A stretch of DNA of 27,179 nt from positions 1 to 27,179 of the IMG/VR virus record IMGVR_UViG_3300020413_000062, one strand, 5' to 3'. Under the pieces are notes generated by a model. The model did not search any database. It was not told where the DNA came from and worked only from the letters and a program-made list of their open reading frames with translations. Source of the stretch: a virus (Duplodnaviria; Caudoviricetes). Numbering within the stretch: position 1 is the stretch's first letter; every line of letters begins with the position of its first letter. The position numbers and the translations under genes are program-made. This document shows positions 6,220 to 15,954 of this stretch, one piece after another.

Positions 6220-6686
6220 TTTTTCCTCCGCCTCGGTTTGCCATTATACTCCGTGATGCCCAACGGTGACATCAGTTTCTTTAATTTGGGGATTTCTTTG
6301 AGCAGTTTGCCGTCTTTGATGGCGGTGAGTATAGATGCCTCAGTGTGATGCAATCCCTCCAGAATTTGTAACCAATTCATCTCTCGTTTCCAATCTGGGA
6401 GATTGTTCATATTGCTTTCTGGGTCATAGAATTGTTTGATTCGGCGCCACTCCAATTGAATAGTAGTCCCACCCATGCCCTCTGGCATATCTTTGTCAAT
6501 CTTCGCTGTCTCTGGAGTACCATCGGGTAATCTCCATTCTACCTTTTCAGCGCCAACTCCGATACGGACTAATGGGACTAGGGCCTGATTAGTCTTGGCC
6601 CATTCTTTTAAGCGGGTAACTTGTTGTTCTACTTTATCGACCTTGAATACCCATTCAAAGCCCTCATTCATTTGTCTAAATTTCAT
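6216..6686 (-). CDS. Conserved T4-like hypothetical protein next to RNase H (DUF6433-like)
   Basis: KRExxWLQILEGLHxxEA..L..IKDGKL motif; synteny with rnh. Confidence 0.8.
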   Translation of the reverse strand: MKFRQMNEGFEWVFKVDKVEQQVTRLKEWAKTNQALVPLVRIGVGAEKVEWRLPDGTPETAKIDKDMPEGMGGTTIQLEWRRIKQFYDPESNMNNLPDWKREMNWLQILEGLHHTEASILTAIKDGKLLKEIPKLKKLMSPLGITEYNGKPRRRKK

Positions 6687-6715
6687 GTGCTAACTCCATT
6701 GTATAATCACAACTC

Positions 6716-6723
6716 TATTTATA
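6716..6723 (-). promoter_or_regulatory. T4 late promoter TATAAATA (gp55 sigma)
   Basis: Exact consensus in the intergenic gap upstream of the ATG at 6686. Confidence 0.75.
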
Positions 6724-7605
6724 TCAAAACTCATTGATACTTTCCATGAGGCGATTAAGGTTAAACTTGTTGAAATATTCTACCACATCGCCTCTGCCCT
6801 TGTTCTTCTGTAATTCGTATTGAAGAACGATTTCATCCTTGATATCCTGTGGTGTTTGAGATAGGTCAACCATCTGCTTATTACGAATATAAGCTGCAGC
6901 CATATCACCTGTAACCCATTCCTCAGGCCTCTTTGATTTCCACTCGGCAAGCAGGGTTTTGCGAATAGGTCTCTGCCTCTTGCCAGTGGTGAAACAATCA
7001 TCTTCAGATAATATGTTGGGCACACCATCACCTTTATCGCCAGTGATGATGTGTTCCATCAATGTCTCAGCAGCAGATGAATTCAAAACCACAAACTTCT
7101 TTCTCAATGGTGACCACTGTTTGACATTGCCGTATTTTTGCAACTGTTGAAAATCATGGTCTCCCGATATAATCAGCATCGGTTTTGGTTCCTCAAACAG
7201 ATTTTCACTCAGGTCATTGTCTTGACTGTACTCTGCCAACGCACCGATAACATCATCCGCCTCCGCACCATTGACATCAATTACAGGGTACGGCATGTAC
7301 TCATCAAGTTCTTGCCGTATCGTACCTAGACAATCGAAAATAGTATTCCAATCAAAACCACTGTCCTCACGAACTTTCTTACGACTTGCCTTGTAGTATG
7401 GGAACACTTGTCTTCGCCAGTACCTACGATTATCACAAGCAATAACTAACTCACCATACTCCTCGTGCCATCTTTTACGATATCCACGAATGGTGTTAAG
7501 TATCATGTGTCTGACTAAATCAAAATCAATGTTGTCAGTAGGACGGTTGTTCAACTCAGCCATCAAGTTGGATATACTAATTTGGTTATAATCAATCAAT
7601 ATCAT
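6724..7605 (-). CDS. rnh: T4-like RNase H (5'-3' exonuclease)
   Basis: MILIDYNQ, YWRR..FPYYKASRK, EADDVIG, ISGDHDF, GDKGDGVPNI motifs; ATGA overlap at 7602-7605. Confidence 0.95.
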   Translation of the reverse strand: MILIDYNQISISNLMAELNNRPTDNIDFDLVRHMILNTIRGYRKRWHEEYGELVIACDNRRYWRRQVFPYYKASRKKVREDSGFDWNTIFDCLGTIRQELDEYMPYPVIDVNGAEADDVIGALAEYSQDNDLSENLFEEPKPMLIISGDHDFQQLQKYGNVKQWSPLRKKFVVLNSSAAETLMEHIITGDKGDGVPNILSEDDCFTTGKRQRPIRKTLLAEWKSKRPEEWVTGDMAAAYIRNKQMVDLSQTPQDIKDEIVLQYELQKNKGRGDVVEYFNKFNLNRLMESINEF

Positions 7606-8264
7606 AGGAAGAACCTCTGACGTTTTGGAAATCGATTTTGGAAACATAACCAGTATAAAGGCAATTCTGGTTCATCTCGCAGTTTACCTTTAATTACTCG
7701 CCATATGGCATCCACTGTGGGGTCAAGTTCTGCTGTCTTATTGAGTCTTACGTTCATATCACTCAAAGTGTCACCAGTAATGATGTCACAAGTAGTCATG
7801 CCTGATAACGTAGCACGTTTGGCAACCTTTTTATTCCCAACCATCCTGCCATCCACAACATGATCCAACAACGTGAAATGAATCATGTTGATGTCTTTTA
7901 CGAAAGTCGAAATAGTCATCGATGTGGCTTTCTGTAAGGGTGTACCAAAGTCCACCATAGTGTCTAACATACTAACCATCCAGCGAACGTCATACTCTTT
8001 CAATAAAACAGGCAGATATTTTTGTACGATGTTCTGAAACTCTGACCAGTGGGTGTGAACGTCAACATATCTACGCAGATATATGATGTGTTCCACAAGT
8101 TTATGGCAAATCTCAGGTTGGCCCACAAACTCTCGTCTGACCTCATCGATGTTATCTTGTAGGTCAGGTTTGCGTACACACCATCTACGAGGCTCTAAGC
8201 CTGTGATGGGTACTAAATTGGGGTCTGGTTCGGGTGGTTGAAGAATTCTCTTATGTTTTTTCAT
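7602..8264 (-). CDS. Hypothetical protein
   Basis: Long ORF coupled to rnh; EFxGQxE...RWxVSxxDT motif reminiscent of a proteobacterial uncharacterised family. Confidence 0.75.
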   Translation of the reverse strand: MKKHKRILQPPEPDPNLVPITGLEPRRWCVRKPDLQDNIDEVRREFVGQPEICHKLVEHIIYLRRYVDVHTHWSEFQNIVQKYLPVLLKEYDVRWMVSMLDTMVDFGTPLQKATSMTISTFVKDINMIHFTLLDHVVDGRMVGNKKVAKRATLSGMTTCDIITGDTLSDMNVRLNKTAELDPTVDAIWRVIKGKLRDEPELPLYWLCFQNRFPKRQRFFL

Positions 8265-8748
8265 CTGGTTCCCGCCCCCATACATATCCTAAGTCCTCGT
8301 AGTATACACCATGAGACCTTTTGATATTGCCGTCCTCATCATATGCGGGCACAAGGCAACGCATATTAATTTTATTCTGTTGGTCAGAACCATAGAACAT
8401 ACCGCTCCACGTTCCAGACCTCAAATAACTTTCCATGATGTTTATATAAGATTGCAGATTCGCCACCTTGGCGATTGCACCTTTCACATTGCGTCTTTCA
8501 TCAGATTTAGCAGAACTGAGATGTTCTCTGTTCTCCTTAATCCAACCCATGACCTTCACTCTAGAGAGAGGGTCATCATCAGGTAACGCCAATACATCTG
8601 GATGGACATTCTTGTATTTGGGTGGGTTTGATTTTGCTCGTTTTTCACGAGCTTTTGCTAGTCTTTCCGAAGCAGCTTTGCGTTGCTCCTCAGACATCGG
8701 CTTTCGCCTACGCCTGACTTTCTTAGTTGGTTCAATATTGCGTGCCAT
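8251..8748 (-). CDS. Conserved T4-like basic hypothetical protein
   Basis: RRRKPMSEEQRKAASERLAKARE motif; GGAG RBS; promoter upstream. Confidence 0.85.
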   Translation of the reverse strand: MARNIEPTKKVRRRRKPMSEEQRKAASERLAKAREKRAKSNPPKYKNVHPDVLALPDDDPLSRVKVMGWIKENREHLSSAKSDERRNVKGAIAKVANLQSYINIMESYLRSGTWSGMFYGSDQQNKINMRCLVPAYDEDGNIKRSHGVYYEDLGYVWGREPDEKT

Positions 8749-8773
8749 AACGGACTCCTTTGATTACTATTAT

Positions 8774-8803
8774 ATAGTAACACAAAGAAGCCGTGCATGT
8801 CAA
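8774..8803 (-). promoter_or_regulatory. Sigma70-type promoter (TTGACA-18-TACTAT, TG extended)
   Basis: Intergenic, upstream of the ATG at 8748. Confidence 0.65.
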
Positions 8804-8809
8804 GTGTGT

Positions 8810-9049
8810 TTAGGAAAGAATTTTCTGAATATTATCAAAAATTAGGGTTCTCCACTGTTTTTTATCAGTATCGAACACCGTCACAAGATGGTCTTGCTCT
8901 TTTCTGGGGTTGGTCACTTCGGGAAGATGGTCAGGAATCAATGTCGCTACGACTGTCCTCTCTGTGCCATCCTTTTTCTTGTATAGCATAGACATCACAT
9001 TGTTGGTCAATTGTGATACTAATTCCTGTTTTGTTACGTCAACTACCAT
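8810..9049 (-). CDS. WYL_2/DUF2693-like SH3 beta-barrel protein
   Basis: YKKKDGTERTVVATL...VFDxDKKQWRT motif. Confidence 0.8.
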   Translation of the reverse strand: MVVDVTKQELVSQLTNNVMSMLYKKKDGTERTVVATLIPDHLPEVTNPRKEQDHLVTVFDTDKKQWRTLIFDNIQKILS

Positions 9050-10011
9050 AACCTTTTCTCCTTCATATCATTATATATTGTGTCAGCAATAAACGAGTGA
9101 CACTTCTCGTCTGGGTGTCCGTGGGGCATGACCCCAACAAACTTTTCCTTGTTTTTCTTGTCTGTGAATTCACTGTAACGTATCGAACTAAACTCTGGTA
9201 CGGCCATCACCTTATTGTAAAGATTCCTAAAATTATTCAGCATATTTGTTTTTTTAAGATAGGTGAAGTATTTTTTTCTGATATTTGCGTTTGAGTGCAG
9301 AGTAATAAATTGGCATGAGTCTTTGGGGATGAACAAGTTCTCAGATTTTTCGATGGTTTCCAAGTCTCCAATAACTCTCCTCATTTGACCTTCTAGTGCA
9401 AACATATCCATGATGTAAAATCTACACTGTGCCTGTCTGAACATGTCTACCAATGATAAAACCTGTCTCATCAAATCCATCAGGGTGTGGGGATATGATT
9501 GATACTTGAAAAGAGATTGCCAACTAACCTCATCCCACTGTTCACCCATTGTAGACATAACTTGTCCATACTCTTCTATTGGATTTATATCGTCACCATC
9601 TGGTGAGTAAATACCACCAGCGATGACAGCACCCATACTCACTGGTGCTTCAGATTTATCCATGTGTTTCTGTATGTCATAACACAACTCATCACCGCCA
9701 TGTATTTCAAACCTAGATGCATCAGTCAATTGAACCAAGGTCATACTAGGTATAGGATTCTCATCATTAGCAAAATAATCTCGTAGCATCCTCACTGTCC
9801 TATAGTTGGATGAACCTCCCTTGGCAATGTTGTGAGAAGACAACCCCATTTTCTTTGCCAATAGTGTCGGAAATCTATGTTCATTCCTATAACTACCATC
9901 TACATTACGAAATTGCGTTGTTTTATCGTTTGGAACAAAGTAATCCTTAAATTCTCCAAGTTCCGCACCTAGAGTCATAGAACAACCGCAGCTAAGTAGG
10001 ACTCCGTTCAT
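9043..10011 (-). CDS. SGNH/GDSL-like hydrolase-fold protein
   Basis: GCSMTLG, NIAKGGSSN and GHP motifs; start 10011 preferred over 10083. Confidence 0.75.
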   Translation of the reverse strand: MNGVLLSCGCSMTLGAELGEFKDYFVPNDKTTQFRNVDGSYRNEHRFPTLLAKKMGLSSHNIAKGGSSNYRTVRMLRDYFANDENPIPSMTLVQLTDASRFEIHGGDELCYDIQKHMDKSEAPVSMGAVIAGGIYSPDGDDINPIEEYGQVMSTMGEQWDEVSWQSLFKYQSYPHTLMDLMRQVLSLVDMFRQAQCRFYIMDMFALEGQMRRVIGDLETIEKSENLFIPKDSCQFITLHSNANIRKKYFTYLKKTNMLNNFRNLYNKVMAVPEFSSIRYSEFTDKKNKEKFVGVMPHGHPDEKCHSFIADTIYNDMKEKRLW

Positions 10012-10987
10012 CTCTTTTCCTATCAATGAGCCATCTGAGTTTATCTCTAGTGCTTCTGTCCAATTTTCTGAGTTGAGTGTCATCTATCTCCAAAACATCT
10101 GTGTCATCTAGTACGGCGGCCTGTAGTTGTACCTCATCACCTAGTCCACCCACAACGCCGTCTTCTGGTTGTTGTTCTGGTATAATCTCCTCATGCACCG
10201 CATCATCGTCTAACTTGGCGAAAGTGATTCTTTCACCTTTTAGTTGCGCCCATGTCATATTCGCTGATACTACCAACAGTATCGCCAATGGGTCAAATAC
10301 CAATACTAATAATATTATCACAAAACGTACGGCGTTGTCAAGGGTCTCTTTATCAGATTCCCCATAAATTAACTCTGAGATGTATTTTATTGGCCCGACT
10401 TCAACCTCGAGCGCCATTCGTTCTTCCTGTAGCGGGAGTAGTTTTTGACTGAGTTCATCAATCCTCGTAATGCTGGATTGAATCGATGTAGTGATTTCGT
10501 TCCGTTGTGCCTGTTGTCCTTCTCTGACAGCAATAGCACCTTGTCTGCCTCTGATTCTGTCATATTCGATGAGTGTAGCGACTGTATCATCCAACTGTGA
10601 TAAAAGTGTCTCTCCATCGGTGATAAGTCTTTCTTCATTCTGTATTTGTCTTTCCAAGTTCTGAATCTGTAGGACATTGGTTCCCCCCTGTGATATAGTC
10701 TGTTCCAAGTGTGCCTTAGACAGGAATCCAAAGATACCCATCGATGTAATTATACTCAGGATAACCACAGCTGAGGTAAAATACGTTTTCAGCAAGACAC
10801 CAGCAGTATCCCAGTTTTTATATAACCATGATGCGGTGACTAACTTGGCAATCTCCAGCACCACTCCCATCGAAAGAATCGCAACAGCAGCGGCAGGGAA
10901 TATTGCCATCAAACCCACTATTGAGAACCAAGCTGCTACAGCGGATACCGCCAGAGCAGAGAATATCAGAAGTAATAGAAAAGACAT
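9992..10987 (-). CDS. Conserved phage membrane protein with coiled coil
   Basis: Three N-terminal transmembrane helices (LEIAKLVTASWL), long coiled coil, EVGPIKY...FDPLAILL. Confidence 0.85.
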   Translation of the reverse strand: MSFLLLLIFSALAVSAVAAWFSIVGLMAIFPAAAVAILSMGVVLEIAKLVTASWLYKNWDTAGVLLKTYFTSAVVILSIITSMGIFGFLSKAHLEQTISQGGTNVLQIQNLERQIQNEERLITDGETLLSQLDDTVATLIEYDRIRGRQGAIAVREGQQAQRNEITTSIQSSITRIDELSQKLLPLQEERMALEVEVGPIKYISELIYGESDKETLDNAVRFVIILLVLVFDPLAILLVVSANMTWAQLKGERITFAKLDDDAVHEEIIPEQQPEDGVVGGLGDEVQLQAAVLDDTDVLEIDDTQLRKLDRSTRDKLRWLIDRKRDERSPT

Positions 10988-11698
10988 CTAGAACAACGAT
11001 GACTCTCTGGTCAAGAGAGCGGACATGAAAGAGGTATCAGATAAGAAATCAGAAGCCTCGGTGGTATATGTGTGAGTGGGGGTTGCTATCAAGGGACTGG
11101 CAGTGTCAAGAGCAATCACTTGAGCGAAAGTTTTGAGCGTGACATTACTGTCATCCTTGTAGGTCTCATAATTATCAAAGGCAGCAGTCATCCTACTAAC
11201 AAAAAAGTTTTTCATCTCAGTGATATCTGCACCATCTAATGTTACCTCACCAGATGGGGTCTCACCAGTTTCCCATTGAAATTTACCAATCAATCTTGCG
11301 AGTGCATAAGAACGCCACTGGTCTGCAAGTGGTTTTTGCACATACACTTTATTGTGGTCAATGCCGGACACATCAAATCCATCAGTGCCCTTGCATACTA
11401 AAAACTTTCCAGCTGCCTCTATCTTACCCAAGTTTGCATCCCAGAAATTCGGCATCAACATAGCAACCTCAAATAGATTGCCGCCCTTCGTATAGTCAGC
11501 GAACTCCAGACTATCATAAAGGGAATCGCCAACAACTCTCTTGAAGATAGTTCCTTGGGCTCCATCAGATATCCCATCGTGAGAATGGTCTATATTTTCT
11601 GTGCCACTGTACAGGGTGGCGTCAGTTGATGTTAGATAATACTGCATGTGCCAAGAACCATTTCTTGGCCCACCGTATATGAATGTGTGTTTACTCAT
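10988..11698 (-). CDS. Hypothetical protein, possible P-loop/sulfotransferase-like fold
   Basis: N-terminal GGPRNGS resembles the PAPS-binding loop (PRSGS/T); weak evidence for function. Confidence 0.7.
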   Translation of the reverse strand: MSKHTFIYGGPRNGSWHMQYYLTSTDATLYSGTENIDHSHDGISDGAQGTIFKRVVGDSLYDSLEFADYTKGGNLFEVAMLMPNFWDANLGKIEAAGKFLVCKGTDGFDVSGIDHNKVYVQKPLADQWRSYALARLIGKFQWETGETPSGEVTLDGADITEMKNFFVSRMTAAFDNYETYKDDSNVTLKTFAQVIALDTASPLIATPTHTYTTEASDFLSDTSFMSALLTRESSLF

Positions 11699-12065
11699 GT
11701 GGTCTCCATTTAACAGGCGTGAAATCTTTTAAGTGACTTCTACGCAATCTTATATTTAACATGTCATTTATACAGTGTTCGTCTTCTCTGTTCTCCCACT
11801 GTAATAAAAACTCTTGCATCTTTGCATGTGACTTTTGCGTAAACTCCGCGATAGTCACCTTCTTTAGTTCTCCAACATACTCTTGAACAATCTTTGAACT
11901 GCCGTAATACTTTTCATAGAGTTTATCTGATTTACAAGAATACCCGATATAATATCTACCATCAGGAAAATATGTACAATAAACCCTATGAGTCTTCGGT
12001 ATTCTCTTTCGGGATGATTTTCGTTTTCTTTTCGTTCCATTCATAACCATCAGGTAATTCCTCAC
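11691..12065 (-). CDS. GIY-YIG family nuclease domain protein (catalytic domain only)
   Basis: RVY...YYIGYS...YYGSS...E...CIN pattern; start uncertain. Confidence 0.7.
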   Translation of the reverse strand: MRNYLMVMNGTKRKRKSSRKRIPKTHRVYCTYFPDGRYYIGYSCKSDKLYEKYYGSSKIVQEYVGELKKVTIAEFTQKSHAKMQEFLLQWENREDEHCINDMLNIRLRRSHLKDFTPVKWRPHE

Positions 12066-12180
12066 TTGTGGAATTACTATTTATGGTCTTATCACCACCC
12101 CATAATCTGTCCCATGCTTCTTCTTTGGGAACTGGTTTGAGTTTTGGTTTCTTTGCGTATTTACTCGTTGTCTTTTTCAC
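11986..12180 (-). CDS. Small hypothetical protein
   Basis: GTGA overlap with the upstream gene; WDRLWG motif. Confidence 0.65.
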   Translation of the reverse strand: MKKTTSKYAKKPKLKPVPKEEAWDRLWGGDKTINSNSTSEELPDGYEWNEKKTKIIPKENTEDS

Positions 12181-12671
12181 TGTAAAGGGTTCTCAATATT
12201 TGTGCAAAATCCACAGTCTTCCGTGAATCCTTGCATCGGTATGTAATTATACAATTTAATTCCTTTTCGTAATTTTTTATAAGAGTCCTCTGGAAATAAT
12301 ATACTAAGATTCCACACTACACCTACCTTAGCATATCCGACTCTTTCCTGTAAGTTCCAACCTTTTGTATGAGTGCATCTACCCAAATGAAACCCCATGA
12401 TATAATACATGTCATGTGTCTCGGGCAATTTTTTGTCATGCATGTGTTTTAGTACGGTATCTGGCGTCCAATCAATCTCATCCATGAGAGCCTTACCGCC
12501 TCCGCAATGATAAATGTGATACTGTGTTCTCAACCAATCAAGAACACTGTCCAGATATGTTCCAAAGGCAGCACATTCATATTCAAGTCTTGGATATCTT
12601 TCAGTGTCATGTACATAGGGGTGTTTCCACGCATCCACAACAATGACTGCCTCGTTCTTTTTGTCTGTCAC
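12177..12671 (-). CDS. Hypothetical protein, isochorismatase/cysteine-hydrolase-like
   Basis: VIVVDAW and GFHLGRC motifs; GTGA overlap at 12668-12671. Confidence 0.65.
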   Translation of the reverse strand: MTDKKNEAVIVVDAWKHPYVHDTERYPRLEYECAAFGTYLDSVLDWLRTQYHIYHCGGGKALMDEIDWTPDTVLKHMHDKKLPETHDMYYIMGFHLGRCTHTKGWNLQERVGYAKVGVVWNLSILFPEDSYKKLRKGIKLYNYIPMQGFTEDCGFCTNIENPLQ

Positions 12672-13336
12672 TTCACAGCCCTGTAAACGTAAAGATACCA
12701 AACATATCTGCTACCCTTCTTATCATAGTTGGTCTGGTCTAACTTGCCTTCCTCAACTAGAGGATATAACTCAGGACAGAATGGTATTGCTTTCTTGTAA
12801 AACAACTCACCTTCTGAAAAATGGTCTCTGATTTTACGGATAGTCTTAAACTGATTGCTTAGACTACTAGAACAAATATAAAGTTCTCCACCCTTGTTTA
12901 GATGTTCTGGTGATTGTTCGATGACCTTATGTACCAAGTTATTTCCAGTATCGTCTGCTACAGGTACACCACTTGGATACCAAGCTGTGGCATCAGCAAC
13001 AAACTTAGGAATACCAGAAACATCACAAAAAATGATGTCATATGTATCTAGCACCGATTCAAACAAATCAGACTGAATAACATCTATGTCCACCTCGTTA
13101 TTATGTGCGTTCATCTCAGTGTACGCAACGTGCTTTTCATTCACATCAGATGCAGTCACCACCGCGCCACATTTGGCAAAATGTATTGCTATTGGGCCGA
13201 CACCACAACCAAGGTCAAGTAAATATTTACCCTCGACATCTAAATCTAATTTAGATGCAATCTTACTGATTGTTGTCGGTTCAAATGTGTCATCACTTAC
13301 CGCTAGTTTAAAGTCATCAAAACTCACTAGTCTCAA
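12668..13336 (-). CDS. Class I SAM-dependent methyltransferase (HemK/MTS-like)
   Basis: LLDLGCGVG motif I, ASDVN, QSDLFE, LNKGG; CDVSG in place of NPPY. Confidence 0.85.
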   Translation of the reverse strand: MRLVSFDDFKLAVSDDTFEPTTISKIASKLDLDVEGKYLLDLGCGVGPIAIHFAKCGAVVTASDVNEKHVAYTEMNAHNNEVDIDVIQSDLFESVLDTYDIIFCDVSGIPKFVADATAWYPSGVPVADDTGNNLVHKVIEQSPEHLNKGGELYICSSSLSNQFKTIRKIRDHFSEGELFYKKAIPFCPELYPLVEEGKLDQTNYDKKGSRYVWYLYVYRAVK

Positions 13337-13868
13337 TTATCAACCCCTTTTCTTTCAAATTGTTTACTACCTCGTCCCACGGTTGCACTGTGGATATCTG
13401 TAGCATACATGATAAAATATTATAATGGTTAGACGCACTGTGCGGTTGTTTTGCATTTATCAAACAAGGCCATGCGTACTTGTGACTCTCCACGATACTA
13501 TCTCCATCATAGTATGTAATTTCCCGATAGTGTTCCTTGGTTCCATAATATATTGGAAAACTAAAATTCACCTGTCTCAGTTTATTATCTATATGTTTTC
13601 CCACAGAGGTATTTCCAGCAGAGTGAACCATAGCAACATAAGATGGTTTTATACCGTACCTCTTGGCAATAGCACTTGCTGGATAGTGATGCCTGTCCAA
13701 CACTGTGAGATTGTAATTCGTTGATGGTTTATAGAAACTTACATCCGTACCTTTTTTAACAACTCCATGTACTATATCGTGGTCATACCAATCGACAGTC
13801 TTTGACAACGTGCGATAGAAATCCATCTCTATTTGAGTTGTCAAATCTTTTATTCGATACAGATACAT
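13317..13868 (-). CDS. Hypothetical protein, 2OG-Fe(II) oxygenase/cupin-like
   Basis: HxD (KHID) ... distal H (QPHS), INA..PH pattern. Confidence 0.65.
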   Translation of the reverse strand: MYLYRIKDLTTQIEMDFYRTLSKTVDWYDHDIVHGVVKKGTDVSFYKPSTNYNLTVLDRHHYPASAIAKRYGIKPSYVAMVHSAGNTSVGKHIDNKLRQVNFSFPIYYGTKEHYREITYYDGDSIVESHKYAWPCLINAKQPHSASNHYNILSCMLQISTVQPWDEVVNNLKEKGLIIETSEF

Positions 13869-14314
13869 TCGATATCACACCTTCCTAAGAACTCTAATCC
13901 TTTCGTACATTTGTATGGATTTTTCCACACCACTCTACTTATACCAGACTGATAAATCAACTTCGCACAATCCAGACATGGGGCATGGGTAGTATATATG
14001 GTAGCACCTACGGCACTTTCATTACTTCTAGCAACCTTCGCTATAGCGTTGGTCTCTGCGTGTAGGACTTCGGGTTTAGTTTTGTATTCACCATAAATCT
14101 CTCTGTCATTTTCATGCACTGCAAATGTTGTGTCAAGGAAAAAGTCTTCACAATCATTATCCCAACCACTCGGCATACCATTATAACCGATACTGATTAT
14201 TTTATGTTCCTTTACTATGACACAACCGACTTGGAGTCTCCTAGCACTGGATAGGTTGGCATACACCTCAGCGGCCTGCATATGAGCATAATCAAATTTA
14301 GTTAAGTTTTCCAC
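13850..14314 (-). CDS. cd: dCMP deaminase
   Basis: VGCVIV..IISIGYNG, HAETNA and PCLDC zinc motifs. Confidence 0.92.
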   Translation of the reverse strand: MENLTKFDYAHMQAAEVYANLSSARRLQVGCVIVKEHKIISIGYNGMPSGWDNDCEDFFLDTTFAVHENDREIYGEYKTKPEVLHAETNAIAKVARSNESAVGATIYTTHAPCLDCAKLIYQSGISRVVWKNPYKCTKGLEFLGRCDIECICIE

Positions 14315-14618
14315 GATACTTCCTCACTACCCCACGATATACTAACATCCGATACCAAGGCAAGTTCCTAGGCATACGTTCCATAGTATATTCCCATAAT
14401 TCACCGTCACCATCTTGATAAACGCAATGATAACCTCTCCACCTCCGACTTGCTACAGGTATCACTTTACCTTGGAATCCCTCAAAGACTAACCTTTGCA
14501 GTGAGTAATACCAGCAGTTAGAGTAATTCGGTATGAACAACATTACTGGATACATTATAGCACCAACGATGATTGCCCATACCGTAATTAGTCTATATTT
14601 TCTAAACGTCTTCCTCAT
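14298..14618 (-). CDS. Hypothetical protein with N-terminal transmembrane segment
   Basis: GGAGG RBS before the ATG at 14618. Confidence 0.7.
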   Translation of the reverse strand: MRKTFRKYRLITVWAIIVGAIMYPVMLFIPNYSNCWYYSLQRLVFEGFQGKVIPVASRRWRGYHCVYQDGDGELWEYTMERMPRNLPWYRMLVYRGVVRKYRGKLN

Positions 14619-14769
14619 CCCAATTATCCTCCACATCATTGGGATTAAACTCTGTGGTGTCTATTTCCCCACCACAAAAGGGACAAAAACGTATTTGGTA
14701 GTAACTGCTATCCATATCATGTGTCATATCAAATACTGCCTCACACTTCTCGCACTCAATTTTCACCAT
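14602..14769 (-). CDS. Zinc-ribbon protein
   Basis: CEKC...CPFCG; TAATG overlap with the nrdB stop. Confidence 0.8.
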   Translation of the reverse strand: MVKIECEKCEAVFDMTHDMDSSYYQIRFCPFCGGEIDTTEFNPNDVEDNWDEEDV

Positions 14770-15746
14770 TAGGCGGCGTTCCCCCAGACATCGCCCCAAT
14801 CGCCCGAAAGCGCACCGCGAGCATAGTCCGTTGCTCTGTTCTCAAAGAAGTTTGTATGTGTGGGAGCGTTAATCATTTCTTCTACCCACAACACTGGATT
14901 TCTTTTCACTTTGAATATTCCTCGCATCCCCATACTTATAAGTCTACGGTCAGCGATGTACCTAATGTACTGCTTCACCTCTTCGCTTGTTAAGTTCTCC
15001 ATCGGGCCCATCTTAAATGCCAAGTCAATGAATTGGTCTTCAAGTTCTACCATCTTTTCAGCGATAGTATAAATCTGGCTCTTTGTTTTGTCATTCCATA
15101 TCTCACGGTTCTCTTCGACATATGTTCTGAACAACTTAATCATCGACTCAGCGTGCATTGTCTCATCAACAATAGACCAAGTAACAATTTGACCCATACC
15201 CTTCATTTTACCATGTCGGGGGAAGTTCAACAACATAATGAATGAAGAGAATAATTGCATACCCTCAGTGAACGCACTAAAAGCTGCAATGTTTGTGGCA
15301 ATACTTTCCTTTGTTCCGTTCTTCATTGACAAATCCATGAAGTAATCGTGTTTATCCGCCATCGCCTGATATTCCAAGAACTCATTGTACGTTGACTCTG
15401 GCATACCAAGTGTCTCAATTAGATGTGCATAGGCGGCAACGTGCAATGCTTCCCTAGCAGCAAATCCAGCAAGCATCATGCGAACCTCTGGTTGTGGGAA
15501 GTAAGGCAAATAGTTGTTGATGTATCCACCAGCAACATCAACATCACCTTGTACAAAAAATCTAAAGATGTTAGTGAGGAATGCTTTCTCCTCAACTGAT
15601 AGATGGTTCTTCCAATCCTTGACATCCTCAGCCATAGGCACTTCAGTATGTAACCAGTGAGACTGTTCATGTTTCAACCAAGCCTCGTATGCCCACGGAT
15701 AGTTAAAAGGTTTGAAGTAAGTTCTTTCGTCTGTTAATTTACCCAT
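14769..15746 (-). CDS. nrdB: Ribonucleotide reductase class Ia beta subunit
   Basis: FKPFNYPWA, iron ligands (QGD, EALH..AY, EGMQLF, DETMH), NFFE.R.TDY C-terminus. Confidence 0.97.
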   Translation of the reverse strand: MGKLTDERTYFKPFNYPWAYEAWLKHEQSHWLHTEVPMAEDVKDWKNHLSVEEKAFLTNIFRFFVQGDVDVAGGYINNYLPYFPQPEVRMMLAGFAAREALHVAAYAHLIETLGMPESTYNEFLEYQAMADKHDYFMDLSMKNGTKESIATNIAAFSAFTEGMQLFSSFIMLLNFPRHGKMKGMGQIVTWSIVDETMHAESMIKLFRTYVEENREIWNDKTKSQIYTIAEKMVELEDQFIDLAFKMGPMENLTSEEVKQYIRYIADRRLISMGMRGIFKVKRNPVLWVEEMINAPTHTNFFENRATDYARGALSGDWGDVWGNAA

Positions 15747-15954
15747 TGAATGTCTCATCCCATTGTGTCTGTGATTGTGATAAGGCGAGTAAGTCTTCAT
15801 ATCCGCCAATTGTTTTACCATCAACAAGAATTTGGGGCACCTGTCCTACGGGCTGATACTCCTCTTCAAACGTAATTTCCATGCCTCGCAAAAACCCCTT
15901 TGCGTCATGGCAATAACTACATGAATCCCTATACTGTACTACTACTTTACTCAT
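15739..15954 (-). CDS. nrdC: Glutaredoxin
   Basis: CSYC active site, VPQI, IGGY motifs; inside the RNR cluster. Confidence 0.92.
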   Translation of the reverse strand: MSKVVVQYRDSCSYCHDAKGFLRGMEITFEEEYQPVGQVPQILVDGKTIGGYEDLLALSQSQTQWDETFNG

